This document shows positions 38,287 to 46,406 of a DNA stretch of 46,406 nucleotides, one piece after another. The stretch is from Eubacteriales bacterium (GTDB lineage: Bacteria; Bacillota; Clostridia; Christensenellales; UBA1750). The notes under the pieces are model-generated. The model made no database searches. It worked only from the letters and a program-made list of their open reading frames with translations, and was not told the origin of the DNA. The translations under genes and the position numbers were made by a program. Numbering within the stretch: the stretch's first letter is position 1; every line of letters starts with the position of its first letter. The stretch covers positions 1 through 46,406 of the forward strand of contig JAVBLU010000047.1 of the NCBI GenBank assembly GCA_031553225.1. The letters run 5' to 3'.

Positions 38287-39567
38287 ATGAGCAAGCACCG
38301 CTTCGACACGCTGCAGCTGCACGCGGGACAGACGCCGGACAGCCAGACCAAGGCCCGCGCCGTCCCCGTGTATCAAACTACGGCCTACATGTTCGACAGT
38401 TCCGCTCAGGCGGCGGATCTATTTGCTCTGAAGGCCCCCGGCTTCATGTACTCGCGTTTTCAAAACCCCACGGTGGAGGTGTTTGAAAAGCGCATGGCGG
38501 CCCTGGAGGGCGGCGTTGGCGCGCTGGCCGTCGCCTCCGGCTCGGCCGCGGTCACCATGGCCGTGCTCAACATGATGGGCGCCGGCAGCCACATTCTGGC
38601 CACCAGCAAGCTGTACGGCGGCACGCACAACCTGTTCGCCAACACGCTGCCGCACTACGGCATCACCTGCACCTTCGCCGACCCGGACGACCCGGAGGCG
38701 TTCTGCCGCGGCATCACGCCCGCCACGCGCGCAGTTTTTTTGGAGACGATCGGCAACCCCGGCGCCAACCTGTGCGACGTGGACGCCATCGCGAAGCTCG
38801 CCCACGCGGCCGGCATACCGGTCATTATCGACAACACATTCGGCACGCCCTACCTGTACCGCCCCGCCGAGCACGGCGCAGACATCATCGTGCATAGCGC
38901 CACCAAGTACATCGGCGGGCACGGCACCACCCTGGCGGGCGTCATCGTGGACGCGGGCTCGTTCGACTGGAAGGCCTCCGGCCTTTTCCCCATGATCGTG
39001 AACCCCGATCCAGGCTACCACGATATGAGCTACGCCGACAGCTTCGGCGCATCCGCCTTCATCGTAAAAGCCCAGGTGCAGCTGCAGCGCGACATCGGCG
39101 CATCGCTGCCGGCACTTTCGGCGTTCCTGCTGCTGCAGGGCCTGGAGACCCTCTCCCTGCGCCTGGACCGCCACGTTCGCAATGCGCGCGCCGTGGCCGC
39201 GTTTCTTGAAAAGCACCCGGGCGCCGCATGGGTGAGCTACCCGGAACTTGCATCCTCGCCCTACAAAAGGCTGGCCGACCGCGATTTCCCGCTGGGCGTG
39301 GGTGGCATCTTCTCTTTCGGCATCAAAGGCGGAATCGAGGCTGGGCGGCGCTTCATCGACGCTCTGCAGCTTTTCTCGCACGTGGCGAACGTGGCGGACG
39401 CCAAATCCCTGGTCATCCATCCGGCGAGCACGACGCATGCCCAGCTCTCCGAGGCAGACATGCGCGCCGGCGGCATCGCGCCGGAGATGATCCGCCTGTC
39501 CATCGGCCTGGAGGACATAAACGACCTGCTGGAAGATCTGGAGCGCGGCCTAAAGGCCGCCCGCTAG
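38287..39567 (+). CDS. metY: O-acetylhomoserine aminocarboxypropyltransferase (O-acetylhomoserine sulfhydrylase)
   Basis: It belongs to the Cys/Met-metabolism PLP family. DTLQLHAGQ is the N-terminus and SATKYIGGHG holds the PLP-lysine. The 426-aa length is typical of MetY. Confidence 0.85.
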   Translation: MSKHRFDTLQLHAGQTPDSQTKARAVPVYQTTAYMFDSSAQAADLFALKAPGFMYSRFQNPTVEVFEKRMAALEGGVGALAVASGSAAVTMAVLNMMGAGSHILATSKLYGGTHNLFANTLPHYGITCTFADPDDPEAFCRGITPATRAVFLETIGNPGANLCDVDAIAKLAHAAGIPVIIDNTFGTPYLYRPAEHGADIIVHSATKYIGGHGTTLAGVIVDAGSFDWKASGLFPMIVNPDPGYHDMSYADSFGASAFIVKAQVQLQRDIGASLPALSAFLLLQGLETLSLRLDRHVRNARAVAAFLEKHPGAAWVSYPELASSPYKRLADRDFPLGVGGIFSFGIKGGIEAGRRFIDALQLFSHVANVADAKSLVIHPASTTHAQLSEADMRAGGIAPEMIRLSIGLEDINDLLEDLERGLKAAR

Positions 39568-39582
39568 CCGGGCAAACTGCGC

Positions 39583-39618
39583 TCCGTACGGGAACCGCCG
39601 CTACATGCGGCGGTTCCC
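39583..39618. terminator. Terminator after metY, shared with the convergent ABC permease gene
   Basis: A perfect 12-bp stem (gggaaccgccgc taca tgcggcggttccc) is followed by cttttgtct. Confidence 0.65.
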
Positions 39619-39631
39619 CTTTTGTCTCCCT

Positions 39632-40843
39632 TTAACTGCGGAAGAGCACGCTCTCCTTGCGGAACATGCGGGAGGTGAGGTACAGGGCGAGCGCCGACCA
39701 CGCGACGGAAGCGCCCAGCCCGATGAGCAGCAACGGCAGATGGATAACACCGCCCAGCACCATCTTCAGGCCCGCCGCCGCATTTACAACGGGCAGCAGC
39801 ATGTACACCGCCTTGATATCGCCCGCTTGCATCATCATGGTGGCGTAGGCGGGTAGCATGGCTAGAATGGTCACATAGCCGACATAGGTCTGTGCTTCCT
39901 TAAATGAGCGGGCATAGGTAGACAGCATCAGCTCGATGCCCGCAAACGTCATGCCCAGGAAGAGCACGATGCCAAGCGCCAGCACTGTGGGCAGCCAAGG
40001 CAGCACGAGCCCACCCGAATGGCCCACGGAGAGCATGGAGGACGGGTTGACCGAGAAGCCGATCGCGTAGCCGATGAGGCTGGCGAACATGGAGAGCACT
40101 GCAAAGATGGTCACCGTGAGAAACTTGCCCATCAAAATGGACAAGCGCGAGCCCTTTGTGGACAGGAGCGGCTCCAGCGTCCGGCGTTCCTTCTCGCCCG
40201 CGACAAGATCGGTTGCGGAGGCAGAGCCGCCCACGGCTATGAGCATGGGGATGAGCATCGGCACGAGCATGGCGAGCATAAACCCGCCGCCGCCCGCCTT
40301 GCGCTCCACGCCCGCGTACTCGTCAATGCCCATGGACGAAGCGATAAGCGGCCGCAGCTGCTGTACGTCCACGCCCATGCCGCGCAGCTTTTCGTCCAGC
40401 GTAGCGTCCGCATACGCATTGATGACGCGCTGCACACGCCCGAGCGCCGACATGGATTTCGTCTTGTCCGGATCGTTGACAAGCGTCACGGGCAGGGGCT
40501 TTCCTGCGGCGATAAGCGCCTGCGCATCGCCCGGCACGTCCAGCAGCACGCTCGCGCGCTCCTTGCGCAGCGCGTCCTCCGGGTCGGGATCGGCGATGAG
40601 CTGCACGCCAGGCATATCGGCCAGCACCTCGTCGCGCAGGTAAGCCTGAACGGCGGCGGCGTTGTGGGTCAGAGCGATGACGATGTTTTCGTCGGCCGCG
40701 TCGATGTTGTTCATGAACAGGCCCATCACGAAGAAGAGCAGGGGCATGAGCACGATGGGCACGAGAAGCGATGAGACGATGGCCTTGCGGTCGCGGAACA
40801 TATCGCGCAGTTCCTTGCGCAGCACGATGCCAACATGGCGCAT
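39632..40843 (-). CDS. ABC-2 family transporter permease (NatB-like)
   Basis: The protein is polytopic. Its start MRHVGIVLRKELRDMFRDRK lies 2 nt after the ATPase stop. The long ORF up to 40978 is an upstream extension into the ATPase gene. Confidence 0.7.
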   Translation of the reverse strand: MRHVGIVLRKELRDMFRDRKAIVSSLLVPIVLMPLLFFVMGLFMNNIDAADENIVIALTHNAAAVQAYLRDEVLADMPGVQLIADPDPEDALRKERASVLLDVPGDAQALIAAGKPLPVTLVNDPDKTKSMSALGRVQRVINAYADATLDEKLRGMGVDVQQLRPLIASSMGIDEYAGVERKAGGGGFMLAMLVPMLIPMLIAVGGSASATDLVAGEKERRTLEPLLSTKGSRLSILMGKFLTVTIFAVLSMFASLIGYAIGFSVNPSSMLSVGHSGGLVLPWLPTVLALGIVLFLGMTFAGIELMLSTYARSFKEAQTYVGYVTILAMLPAYATMMMQAGDIKAVYMLLPVVNAAAGLKMVLGGVIHLPLLLIGLGASVAWSALALYLTSRMFRKESVLFRS

Positions 40844-40845
40844 GC

Positions 40846-41574
40846 TCACGAGGCGGCACCTCCCGTCAAAACGGCAAACACGCTCTCCAGATCCGTGCAG
40901 CCGTGCCGGTCGCACAGCTCGCGTATGGTGCCGCAGTCCACCAGCCTGCCCTTGTGCAACACGCCTACGCGGTCGCACAGCTTGATCACTTCGCTCACTG
41001 TGTGGCTGGATAGCACGATGGCCTTGCCTTCGCTGCGGCAGCCGAGGATAAACCGGTGCAGCTCGGCTATGCTCGTCACGTCCATACCCGAGGACGGCTC
41101 ATCCAGCAGCATCACGGCCGGATCGTGAATGATGGCGCGCAGAAAGGCCATCTTCTGCGCGTTGCCCTTGGAGAGCTTACCCGCCGGGCGGTCGATGTAC
41201 TCGGCAATGCCAAACGCCGGAATCAGCTTTTCCAGGCGTTCCTTGGCGGTGCTGCGGGGCACGTCGTTCAGGTCGGCAAAGTACATGATGTTCTCACGGC
41301 CGCTCAGGCGGTCATACAGCCCCGATTCGCCGCCGAACAGGATGCCGATCCGCCCGCGCGCTTCCTCGGGCGAGGCCAGAATGTCCGCGCCGTTCACCAG
41401 AGCCGTGCCGGACGTAGGCTGCAGCATGGTGGCGAGCAGACGCAGCGTGGTTGTCTTACCCGCGCCGTTCTCGCCCATCAGCCCGAACACCTCGCCCGAG
41501 GCTACGCTGAAGCGAACGCCGTTTACGGCGCGGAACGAGCCAAAGTCCTTGGTTAGATCCTGTACGTCGAGCAT
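40846..41574 (-). CDS. ABC transporter ATP-binding protein
   Basis: Walker A GENGAGKTTTL, the signature LSKGNAQKM, Walker B MLLDEPSSGMD and the H-loop are all present. Confidence 0.9.
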   Translation of the reverse strand: MLDVQDLTKDFGSFRAVNGVRFSVASGEVFGLMGENGAGKTTTLRLLATMLQPTSGTALVNGADILASPEEARGRIGILFGGESGLYDRLSGRENIMYFADLNDVPRSTAKERLEKLIPAFGIAEYIDRPAGKLSKGNAQKMAFLRAIIHDPAVMLLDEPSSGMDVTSIAELHRFILGCRSEGKAIVLSSHTVSEVIKLCDRVGVLHKGRLVDCGTIRELCDRHGCTDLESVFAVLTGGAAS

Positions 41575-41756
41575 GGTATTCCTCCCAACCGTATGTAAAA
41601 TCAGTATAACCTACGTGCGGCCGCGGCACAACAAGCGGGCGCACAAAACGGCGAGGTACTCGGCTGAAACGTCGTTTGCCGTTCCCATCGGCCTCCTATT
41701 GCATGCGTGCGCCGGCTCTGCTACGCTACTCATATGCATGGAAACAGGAGGGAGCG

Positions 41757-42467
41757 ATGGCCGTGAACCGGCGACGCGTGCGACAGTTGGCGGTTGCGGC
41801 TGCGCTTGCCCTGGCATTGTGGATTGTGGCCGCGCCGCTTTTTTCGCCTGCGAATATCGGTATCGACTTTGCCGCGCATACCACAAAGACGCCGGACGCG
41901 ACGCCAAGCGTCACACCGGCGCCCACGCTGACGCCCGTAAAAAGCCCGATGCCCGCGGCGGCATCGCCCACGCCCCCCGCGCCATCGCCCACGCCAAGCC
42001 CGTCGCTCGTCCCCCCCACCTCGCCGCCCGCGCGGCTGGTGATTGCGGCTGCGGGCATCGACGCGCAGGTGCGCGCCGTGGGAACAGACGAGCAGGGCCG
42101 CATGGCCGTGCTGCGCTCAGGCGCACAGGTCGCTTGGTACCAGGGCGGCGCAGTACCGGGCGCGCCGGGCAATGCGCTCTTTGCGGCGCACAACCGTTGG
42201 TCGCGCAAGGATGCGGTATTCGCGCGCCTTGGCAACCTGAAGCCCGGCGACACCGCCACCATCACCGATGAGGATGGCGAAACGCGCGCCTTTGTCGTGG
42301 CCAGCGTGTCGCGCTACCCGTACACGGCCGTCCCCGACGAAGTGATGAGCCTGTCGGGGGAAACCCGCGTTACGCTCATCACCTGCGCAGGGTCCTTCTC
42401 ATCGCGCCTGGGCACTTCCCAGGAGCGCTACGTCGCCATATTGACGCCCGCCGCGCAAACGCCTTAG
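41757..42467 (+). CDS. Sortase (class F-like transpeptidase)
   Basis: An N-terminal transmembrane anchor is followed by a Pro-rich linker. The catalytic His context is ALFAAHNRW, and the catalytic Cys motif TLITCAG is followed by a downstream Arg. The RBS is GGAGGGAG. Confidence 0.75.
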   Translation: MAVNRRRVRQLAVAAALALALWIVAAPLFSPANIGIDFAAHTTKTPDATPSVTPAPTLTPVKSPMPAAASPTPPAPSPTPSPSLVPPTSPPARLVIAAAGIDAQVRAVGTDEQGRMAVLRSGAQVAWYQGGAVPGAPGNALFAAHNRWSRKDAVFARLGNLKPGDTATITDEDGETRAFVVASVSRYPYTAVPDEVMSLSGETRVTLITCAGSFSSRLGTSQERYVAILTPAAQTP

Positions 42468-42543
42468 CCAGCCCAGTGCTCACGCCGCAAAGCGTGAGGA
42501 GAGCGCTCCTGCGGGGGAGGGCCTGCGGCATGCAGTTGTTCTA

Positions 42544-43287
42544 CTATGCGCCTTGCACCTGGCGGCGCACCTCCAGGGCGATGTCCGGCCTGTTCGTGAT
42601 GATGTTCGCCACGCCCGCCTCCATCAGCCGGGTGAGGATGACCTCGTCGTCCACCGTCCATGGGTGGAGAGGCACGCCCGCGGCCATGCACCCGGCCATC
42701 ACGCCGGGCAACATCAGCGTATCGTGCTGGGCGTGCAGCGCGTTAATATTGTTGCTCTGCGCATACGCCCAGGGGTTGACAAGCGTGCAGCTGTACAGCG
42801 CGCCGGTGCGGGTCTGCGGGTCAACGCGCTTGGTTTCGGCCAGCAGATAGTGGTTGAAGGAGGAGATGATGATGCGATCCTTCATGCGCAGCTTCTCCGC
42901 AAGCGCTACAACCTGGCGCTCCATGCCCGCGCCCAGGGGCACGTTTGGCTTGATCTCGATGTTCACAGTCAGCCCCAGCGGCGCGGCCCAGGAAAGCACT
43001 TCGTCCAGTGTGGGGATATGTACGTCTTTAAACCCTTCCATGCCGTAGGAATAATCGAAGCTGTTCAGCTGCCGATAGGTCATGCGGTCGGCGCGGCCGG
43101 AGCCGTCGGAGGTACGGTCGATGGACATGTCGTGCAGCACGATGATGTAGCCGTCCGAGGAAAAGCTAACGTCCAGCTCGATACCGTCCGCGCCCATCTC
43201 GTGCGCGCGCACAAAGGCCTCCATGGTGTTCTCCGGCGCTACCTTGCACGCGCCGCGGTGCGCCCAAATGCCCGTCCTTACGTCCAT
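42544..43287 (-). CDS. Glycerophosphodiester phosphodiesterase
   Basis: The GDPD family N-terminus HRG ... ENT ... GADGIELDV is present. Confidence 0.85.
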   Translation of the reverse strand: MDVRTGIWAHRGACKVAPENTMEAFVRAHEMGADGIELDVSFSSDGYIIVLHDMSIDRTSDGSGRADRMTYRQLNSFDYSYGMEGFKDVHIPTLDEVLSWAAPLGLTVNIEIKPNVPLGAGMERQVVALAEKLRMKDRIIISSFNHYLLAETKRVDPQTRTGALYSCTLVNPWAYAQSNNINALHAQHDTLMLPGVMAGCMAAGVPLHPWTVDDEVILTRLMEAGVANIITNRPDIALEVRRQVQGA

Positions 43288-43320
43288 GCTGCGCTCCTCC
43301 TCAAATCCGGACTTGCTCGT

Positions 43321-44280
43321 TCATTTTGCATGATGGGCGGGCGGCCCGGCAAACCCTTTGCCCAAAGCCTCGCGCACGTCCGTAACGATGACGAACGCGC
43401 CCGGGTCCAGCTCGTGCACAATCGCCTTCAGTTGCGTCACCTGCGTGCGGTACACCACGCACAGCAGCACGTGCAGTCCTTTGCCCGAGTACATGCCTTC
43501 CCCTTTTAGTGCCGTTGCGCCCCGGTTCAGTTTTGCAAAAATTTCATCCGCGATGGCCTGCGGGCTGGTGGTGATGATAAAGAAGGCCTTGGCGCTGGTT
43601 GCGCCTTCCTGAAACAGATCCACGATGCGGCTGGAGATGAACAGGGCGATGAGGGCGTACAGCGACATCTGCAGCCCGAATGCCAGCCCGGCCAGTACCA
43701 CCACGACCGAGTCCACAGCCAGTAAAATCCAGGCGATACGCAGGGCGGGCACGCGCTTGTTCAGCAGGCGTGCGGTCATGTCCGATCCGCCCGTAGTCGC
43801 CCCGCCGCGCAGCACAAGCGCCAGGCCAACGCCCAGCAGAAACCCGCCGTATACCGACGCCAGCAGCAGATCATCCGTCAGGCGGATCTTTGGCAGCAGA
43901 TCGATGAGCATAGACAGCCCGACCGTGGCCAGCACGGACATGAGAAAAAAACGCAGGCCCATCTCTTTGTACGACAGAACGAACAGCGGCAGGTTCATAA
44001 TGAGCACAACCAGGCCGACCGGCCAGCCCAGCTTGGCATGCAGAATGGTCGCCAAGCCGGTAAACCCGCCCGGGGCTATGCTGTTTTGTATGAAAAAGAG
44101 GTTGTAGCCGGCGGTCAACAGCAGCACGCCCACCAACACTAAGCCAGCGTGGCCGATTGTGCTGGTCAGGGCGCGCCTTGCGGCTTTATCACGTACGTTC
44201 ATCACAGGCGGATGCCTGTCCCCCTTTGTGGCGGGCGGCCTCGGGCCGCCGGTTGGATGGGTGCGCGCGTGGCCTGTCAT
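43321..44280 (-). CDS. YitT-family membrane protein (DUF161 plus DUF2179)
   Basis: A polytopic N-terminal region is followed by a C-terminal DUF2179 soluble domain. The true start may be the internal Met at 44202. Confidence 0.7.
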   Translation of the reverse strand: MTGHARTHPTGGPRPPATKGDRHPPVMNVRDKAARRALTSTIGHAGLVLVGVLLLTAGYNLFFIQNSIAPGGFTGLATILHAKLGWPVGLVVLIMNLPLFVLSYKEMGLRFFLMSVLATVGLSMLIDLLPKIRLTDDLLLASVYGGFLLGVGLALVLRGGATTGGSDMTARLLNKRVPALRIAWILLAVDSVVVVLAGLAFGLQMSLYALIALFISSRIVDLFQEGATSAKAFFIITTSPQAIADEIFAKLNRGATALKGEGMYSGKGLHVLLCVVYRTQVTQLKAIVHELDPGAFVIVTDVREALGKGFAGPPAHHAK

Positions 44281-44639
44281 GGACCGGGCTGCTGATCCTC
44301 ATCAAGGCCAAGGCTGATGTAGAGTGCATCGTTTACGCGCTGCACAAGCTCAGGCGTCAGCATACCCAGCTTGTCGCGCAGGCGCTGCTTGTCAATCGTG
44401 CGCAGCTGCTCGGCGAGCACGACGGAATCGCGCGGCAAGCCGCACAGCTCGGCGGACAGCTCGATGTGCGTGGGCAGCTTGGCTTTGCTGATTTGCGACG
44501 TGACGGCGGCGACGATGACGGTAGGGCTGTAGCGGTTGCCGATATCGTTTTGTACAATGAGCACGGGACGGATGCCGCCCTGCTCGGAGCCAACAACGGG
44601 ATTCAGATCGGCGCAGTAGATCTCTCCTCGCAAAATCAT
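44277..44639 (-). CDS. ndoA: Type II toxin, mRNA interferase of the EndoA/MazF family
   Basis: A near-identical block to B. subtilis EndoA is present (DLSPVVGSEQGG.RPVL..QND.GNR.SPT.IVAA.T.QI.KAKLPTH). The protein is 120 aa. Confidence 0.9.
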   Translation of the reverse strand: MILRGEIYCADLNPVVGSEQGGIRPVLIVQNDIGNRYSPTVIVAAVTSQISKAKLPTHIELSAELCGLPRDSVVLAEQLRTIDKQRLRDKLGMLTPELVQRVNDALYISLGLDEDQQPGP

Positions 44640-44917
44640 TCGGTTTCACGCTCCGACAATTGGTGTTCGTAGGCGGACAGGACGGACAAGTCCTGTGCAA
44701 TGCCCATTTCCGCCCACTCCCGGTTGATCGAAGCCATGGCTTCGTATCCTTGGCGCAGAGCTTCGCTCATCTTTAGCTTATGCCTGGCGGCGATCGTCTG
44801 CTTCAAGGACAGGCGCACAACTTCGCTGCGCGTCATTCCTTCCTCGGCGGCGAGCGCGTCCAGGTTGTCCAGCAGTTCGTCCGGCAGGCTGACGAGCACC
44901 TTCTTCATCGTGGGCAT
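44636..44917 (-). CDS. ndoAI: Antitoxin EndoAI/MazE-type (ribbon-helix-helix)
   Basis: At 93 aa it has the same length and RHH start (KKVLVSLPDELL) as B. subtilis EndoAI. It overlaps the toxin start. Confidence 0.8.
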   Translation of the reverse strand: MPTMKKVLVSLPDELLDNLDALAAEEGMTRSEVVRLSLKQTIAARHKLKMSEALRQGYEAMASINREWAEMGIAQDLSVLSAYEHQLSERETE

Positions 44918-44977
44918 GTGTGCCTCCTAACGAAAGCGCGGGGCGCTCCCGGGGCATATTATGCGGATATCCGCCGA

Positions 44978-46406
44978 TCATATGAGCGATTCGATGCAAA
45001 GCCACGCTTCACCGAGCGATTCGGCGATATCCAGCGCCGTCATGCCGTGCACGGAGCGGCGTTTCGCGGCCGCCTCGCCCGCGCGGCCGTGCAGATAGGC
45101 GCCCAAGCGCGCTGCGTCAAAAGCTGTCAGCCCCTGCGCGAGCAGCGCGGCGATAACGCCCGTAAGCACGTCGCCGCTCCCGCCCGTGGCCATACCAGGC
45201 GTGCCCGTCACATTCAGCGCCATGCGGCCATCCGGCGCGGCGATCACCGTGGTCGCGCCCTTCAGCAGCGCCACGGCGCCGTAGCGCGCGGCAATGGCGC
45301 GGCTTGCGGCGACGGGCTCGGCAGTCACCTGCGGTATCGTCTGCCCAAGCAGGCGCGCGGCCTCGCCCGGATGCGGGGTAAACACGCTCTGGCCGCCGCG
45401 CTGTTCAAAGCCTCCTGCCGCCAGCAGGTTGAGCGCGTCTGCATCCGCCACGAGCGGCACCCCGGAGGCCCACACAGCCTTTAGCGACGCGTGGGCCTCC
45501 GGGCTGGTCGTCAGCCCCGGCCCGGCCGCCAGCGCGTCGCACCGCCCGGCGAGCGCAGCAAGCGCGGCGGGCGGCGCAAGCGCCGCGCAGATCGCCTCCG
45601 GCGCATGGGCGCGCACGCAGGCGAGCGCTTCCTCCGGTCCGCATACGCTGACCAGGCCCGCTCCGCCGCGCAGCGCGCCACGGGCGCACAGCGCCGCCGC
45701 GCCCGCATAACCGGGCGATCCGGCAAGCAAAAAGGCGTGCCCACACGAGCCTTTGTGCGCGTCCGGCGCCCGTTTGGGCGCAAGAGCCGCGGCCGAGGCA
45801 TCATCCAGCGCTTCCGGCCCGTCAGCGCGCATATATGGCTCAAGGCCGATGTCCGCCACGTTCACCTGCCCGCATAGCGCCCGGCCCGGAAAGAGCAGGT
45901 GCCCGGGTTTGCACAGGCCGAATGTCACACACGCCGCACCGCGCACCGCCGCGCCCGGCGCGGTGCCGTCGCCCGCTAGCACCCCCGAGGGCAGATCGAC
46001 GCACAGGATCGGCCGCCCACACCCGTTCATGGTCCGTATGGCCTGCTCAAACGCCCCCTCGGGCGCGCGGCGAAGACCGATGCCGAACAGAGCGTCCACC
46101 ACCGCCACCGCGTCCGCCGGAATGCCGGCGGCAAAGGGGCGCACCTCCACGCCCGCCTCGCGCGCCAGCGCCTCTTGGGCGGCGGCGCTTTCACCGCTGC
46201 GGCCGTCCGGCCACACGAGCAGCGCATAGGACATGCCGCCGGATTGCGCATGCAGCCGCGCCGCGGCCAGCCCGTCCGCGCCGTTGTTTCCCGGCCCGCA
46301 TACGAACGCGGCCGGGCGCGCGCCGGTCATCACGGCCAGGCGCGCCTGCACCGCCTGCGCGGCGCGCTCCATCAGCGTGCGCTCGGACAGGCCCGCCGCC
46401 ATGTCG
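44978..46406 (-). CDS. nnr: Bifunctional NAD(P)H-hydrate repair enzyme Nnr (epimerase plus ADP-dependent dehydratase). The 5' end is cut by the window edge.
   Basis: The YjeF_N motif CGPGNNGADG and the YjeF_C motifs (KGSCGHAFLLAGSPGYAGAA, GGSGDVLTG) are present. The N-terminus lies beyond 46406. Confidence 0.85.
   Translation of the reverse strand, partial: DMAAGLSERTLMERAAQAVQARLAVMTGARPAAFVCGPGNNGADGLAAARLHAQSGGMSYALLVWPDGRSGESAAAQEALAREAGVEVRPFAAGIPADAVAVVDALFGIGLRRAPEGAFEQAIRTMNGCGRPILCVDLPSGVLAGDGTAPGAAVRGAACVTFGLCKPGHLLFPGRALCGQVNVADIGLEPYMRADGPEALDDASAAALAPKRAPDAHKGSCGHAFLLAGSPGYAGAAALCARGALRGGAGLVSVCGPEEALACVRAHAPEAICAALAPPAALAALAGRCDALAAGPGLTTSPEAHASLKAVWASGVPLVADADALNLLAAGGFEQRGGQSVFTPHPGEAARLLGQTIPQVTAEPVAASRAIAARYGAVALLKGATTVIAAPDGRMALNVTGTPGMATGGSGDVLTGVIAALLAQGLTAFDAARLGAYLHGRAGEAAAKRRSVHGMTALDIAESLGEAWLCIESLI

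Noticed and set aside
1-46406. CRISPR arrays, tRNA/rRNA genes, transposases, phage structural genes
   Set aside because: I saw no spaced direct repeats, no tRNA cloverleaf candidates, and no ORFs with transposase, terminase or capsid character.

Overview
This is a high-GC chromosomal segment whose gene content and order look like a Firmicutes (Clostridia-type) genome. About 48 of the roughly 50 genes I call have an obvious housekeeping homologue. From the left: a 5'-truncated GH31 glycosidase and a translationally coupled SAM-methyltransferase, then murC on the minus strand, divergent from purR. purR carries a PurBox-like palindrome over its own extended -10 promoter and is followed by an AGCS alanine/glycine:cation symporter. 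A conserved, overlapping operon runs frr, a small ORF, uppS, cdsA, dxr, rseP, ispG, polC, and starts from a near-consensus promoter. Next come a GNAT and a 500-bp leader in front of a five-gene Na+-translocating biotin-decarboxylase-type cluster. That cluster encodes a 12S-type acyl-CoA carboxyltransferase, an OadG-like anchor, a stand-alone BCCP, the OadB Na+ pump subunit and a 5S OadA/PycB-type carboxyltransferase without its own biotin domain. Downstream are lon and engB; a flotillin with an in-frame 54-bp tandem repeat; a Zn-alcohol-dehydrogenase fused by a 4-nt overlap to a URO-D/MtaA-like protein; and a T-box leader (Trp specifier UGG, T-box motif and terminator all visible) driving a stand-alone long-form trpB2. 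A short accessory-looking stretch follows: a GNAT, a tyrosine recombinase, an Ala/Pro-rich double-anchored membrane protein, ddh, a lipoprotein and a TM2/zinc-ribbon protein. Then come metY, a convergent ABC-2 exporter pair, a class-F-like sortase, a glycerophosphodiester phosphodiesterase, a YitT-family protein, an EndoAI/EndoA (MazEF) toxin-antitoxin pair and a 5'-truncated nnr. I see no CRISPR array, rRNA/tRNA or transposase. The most unusual item is the decarboxylase/transcarboxylase-like operon that combines both carboxyltransferase classes with one carrier and one Na+ pump. The T-box-regulated trpB2 and the purR operator are the best-supported regulatory findings.
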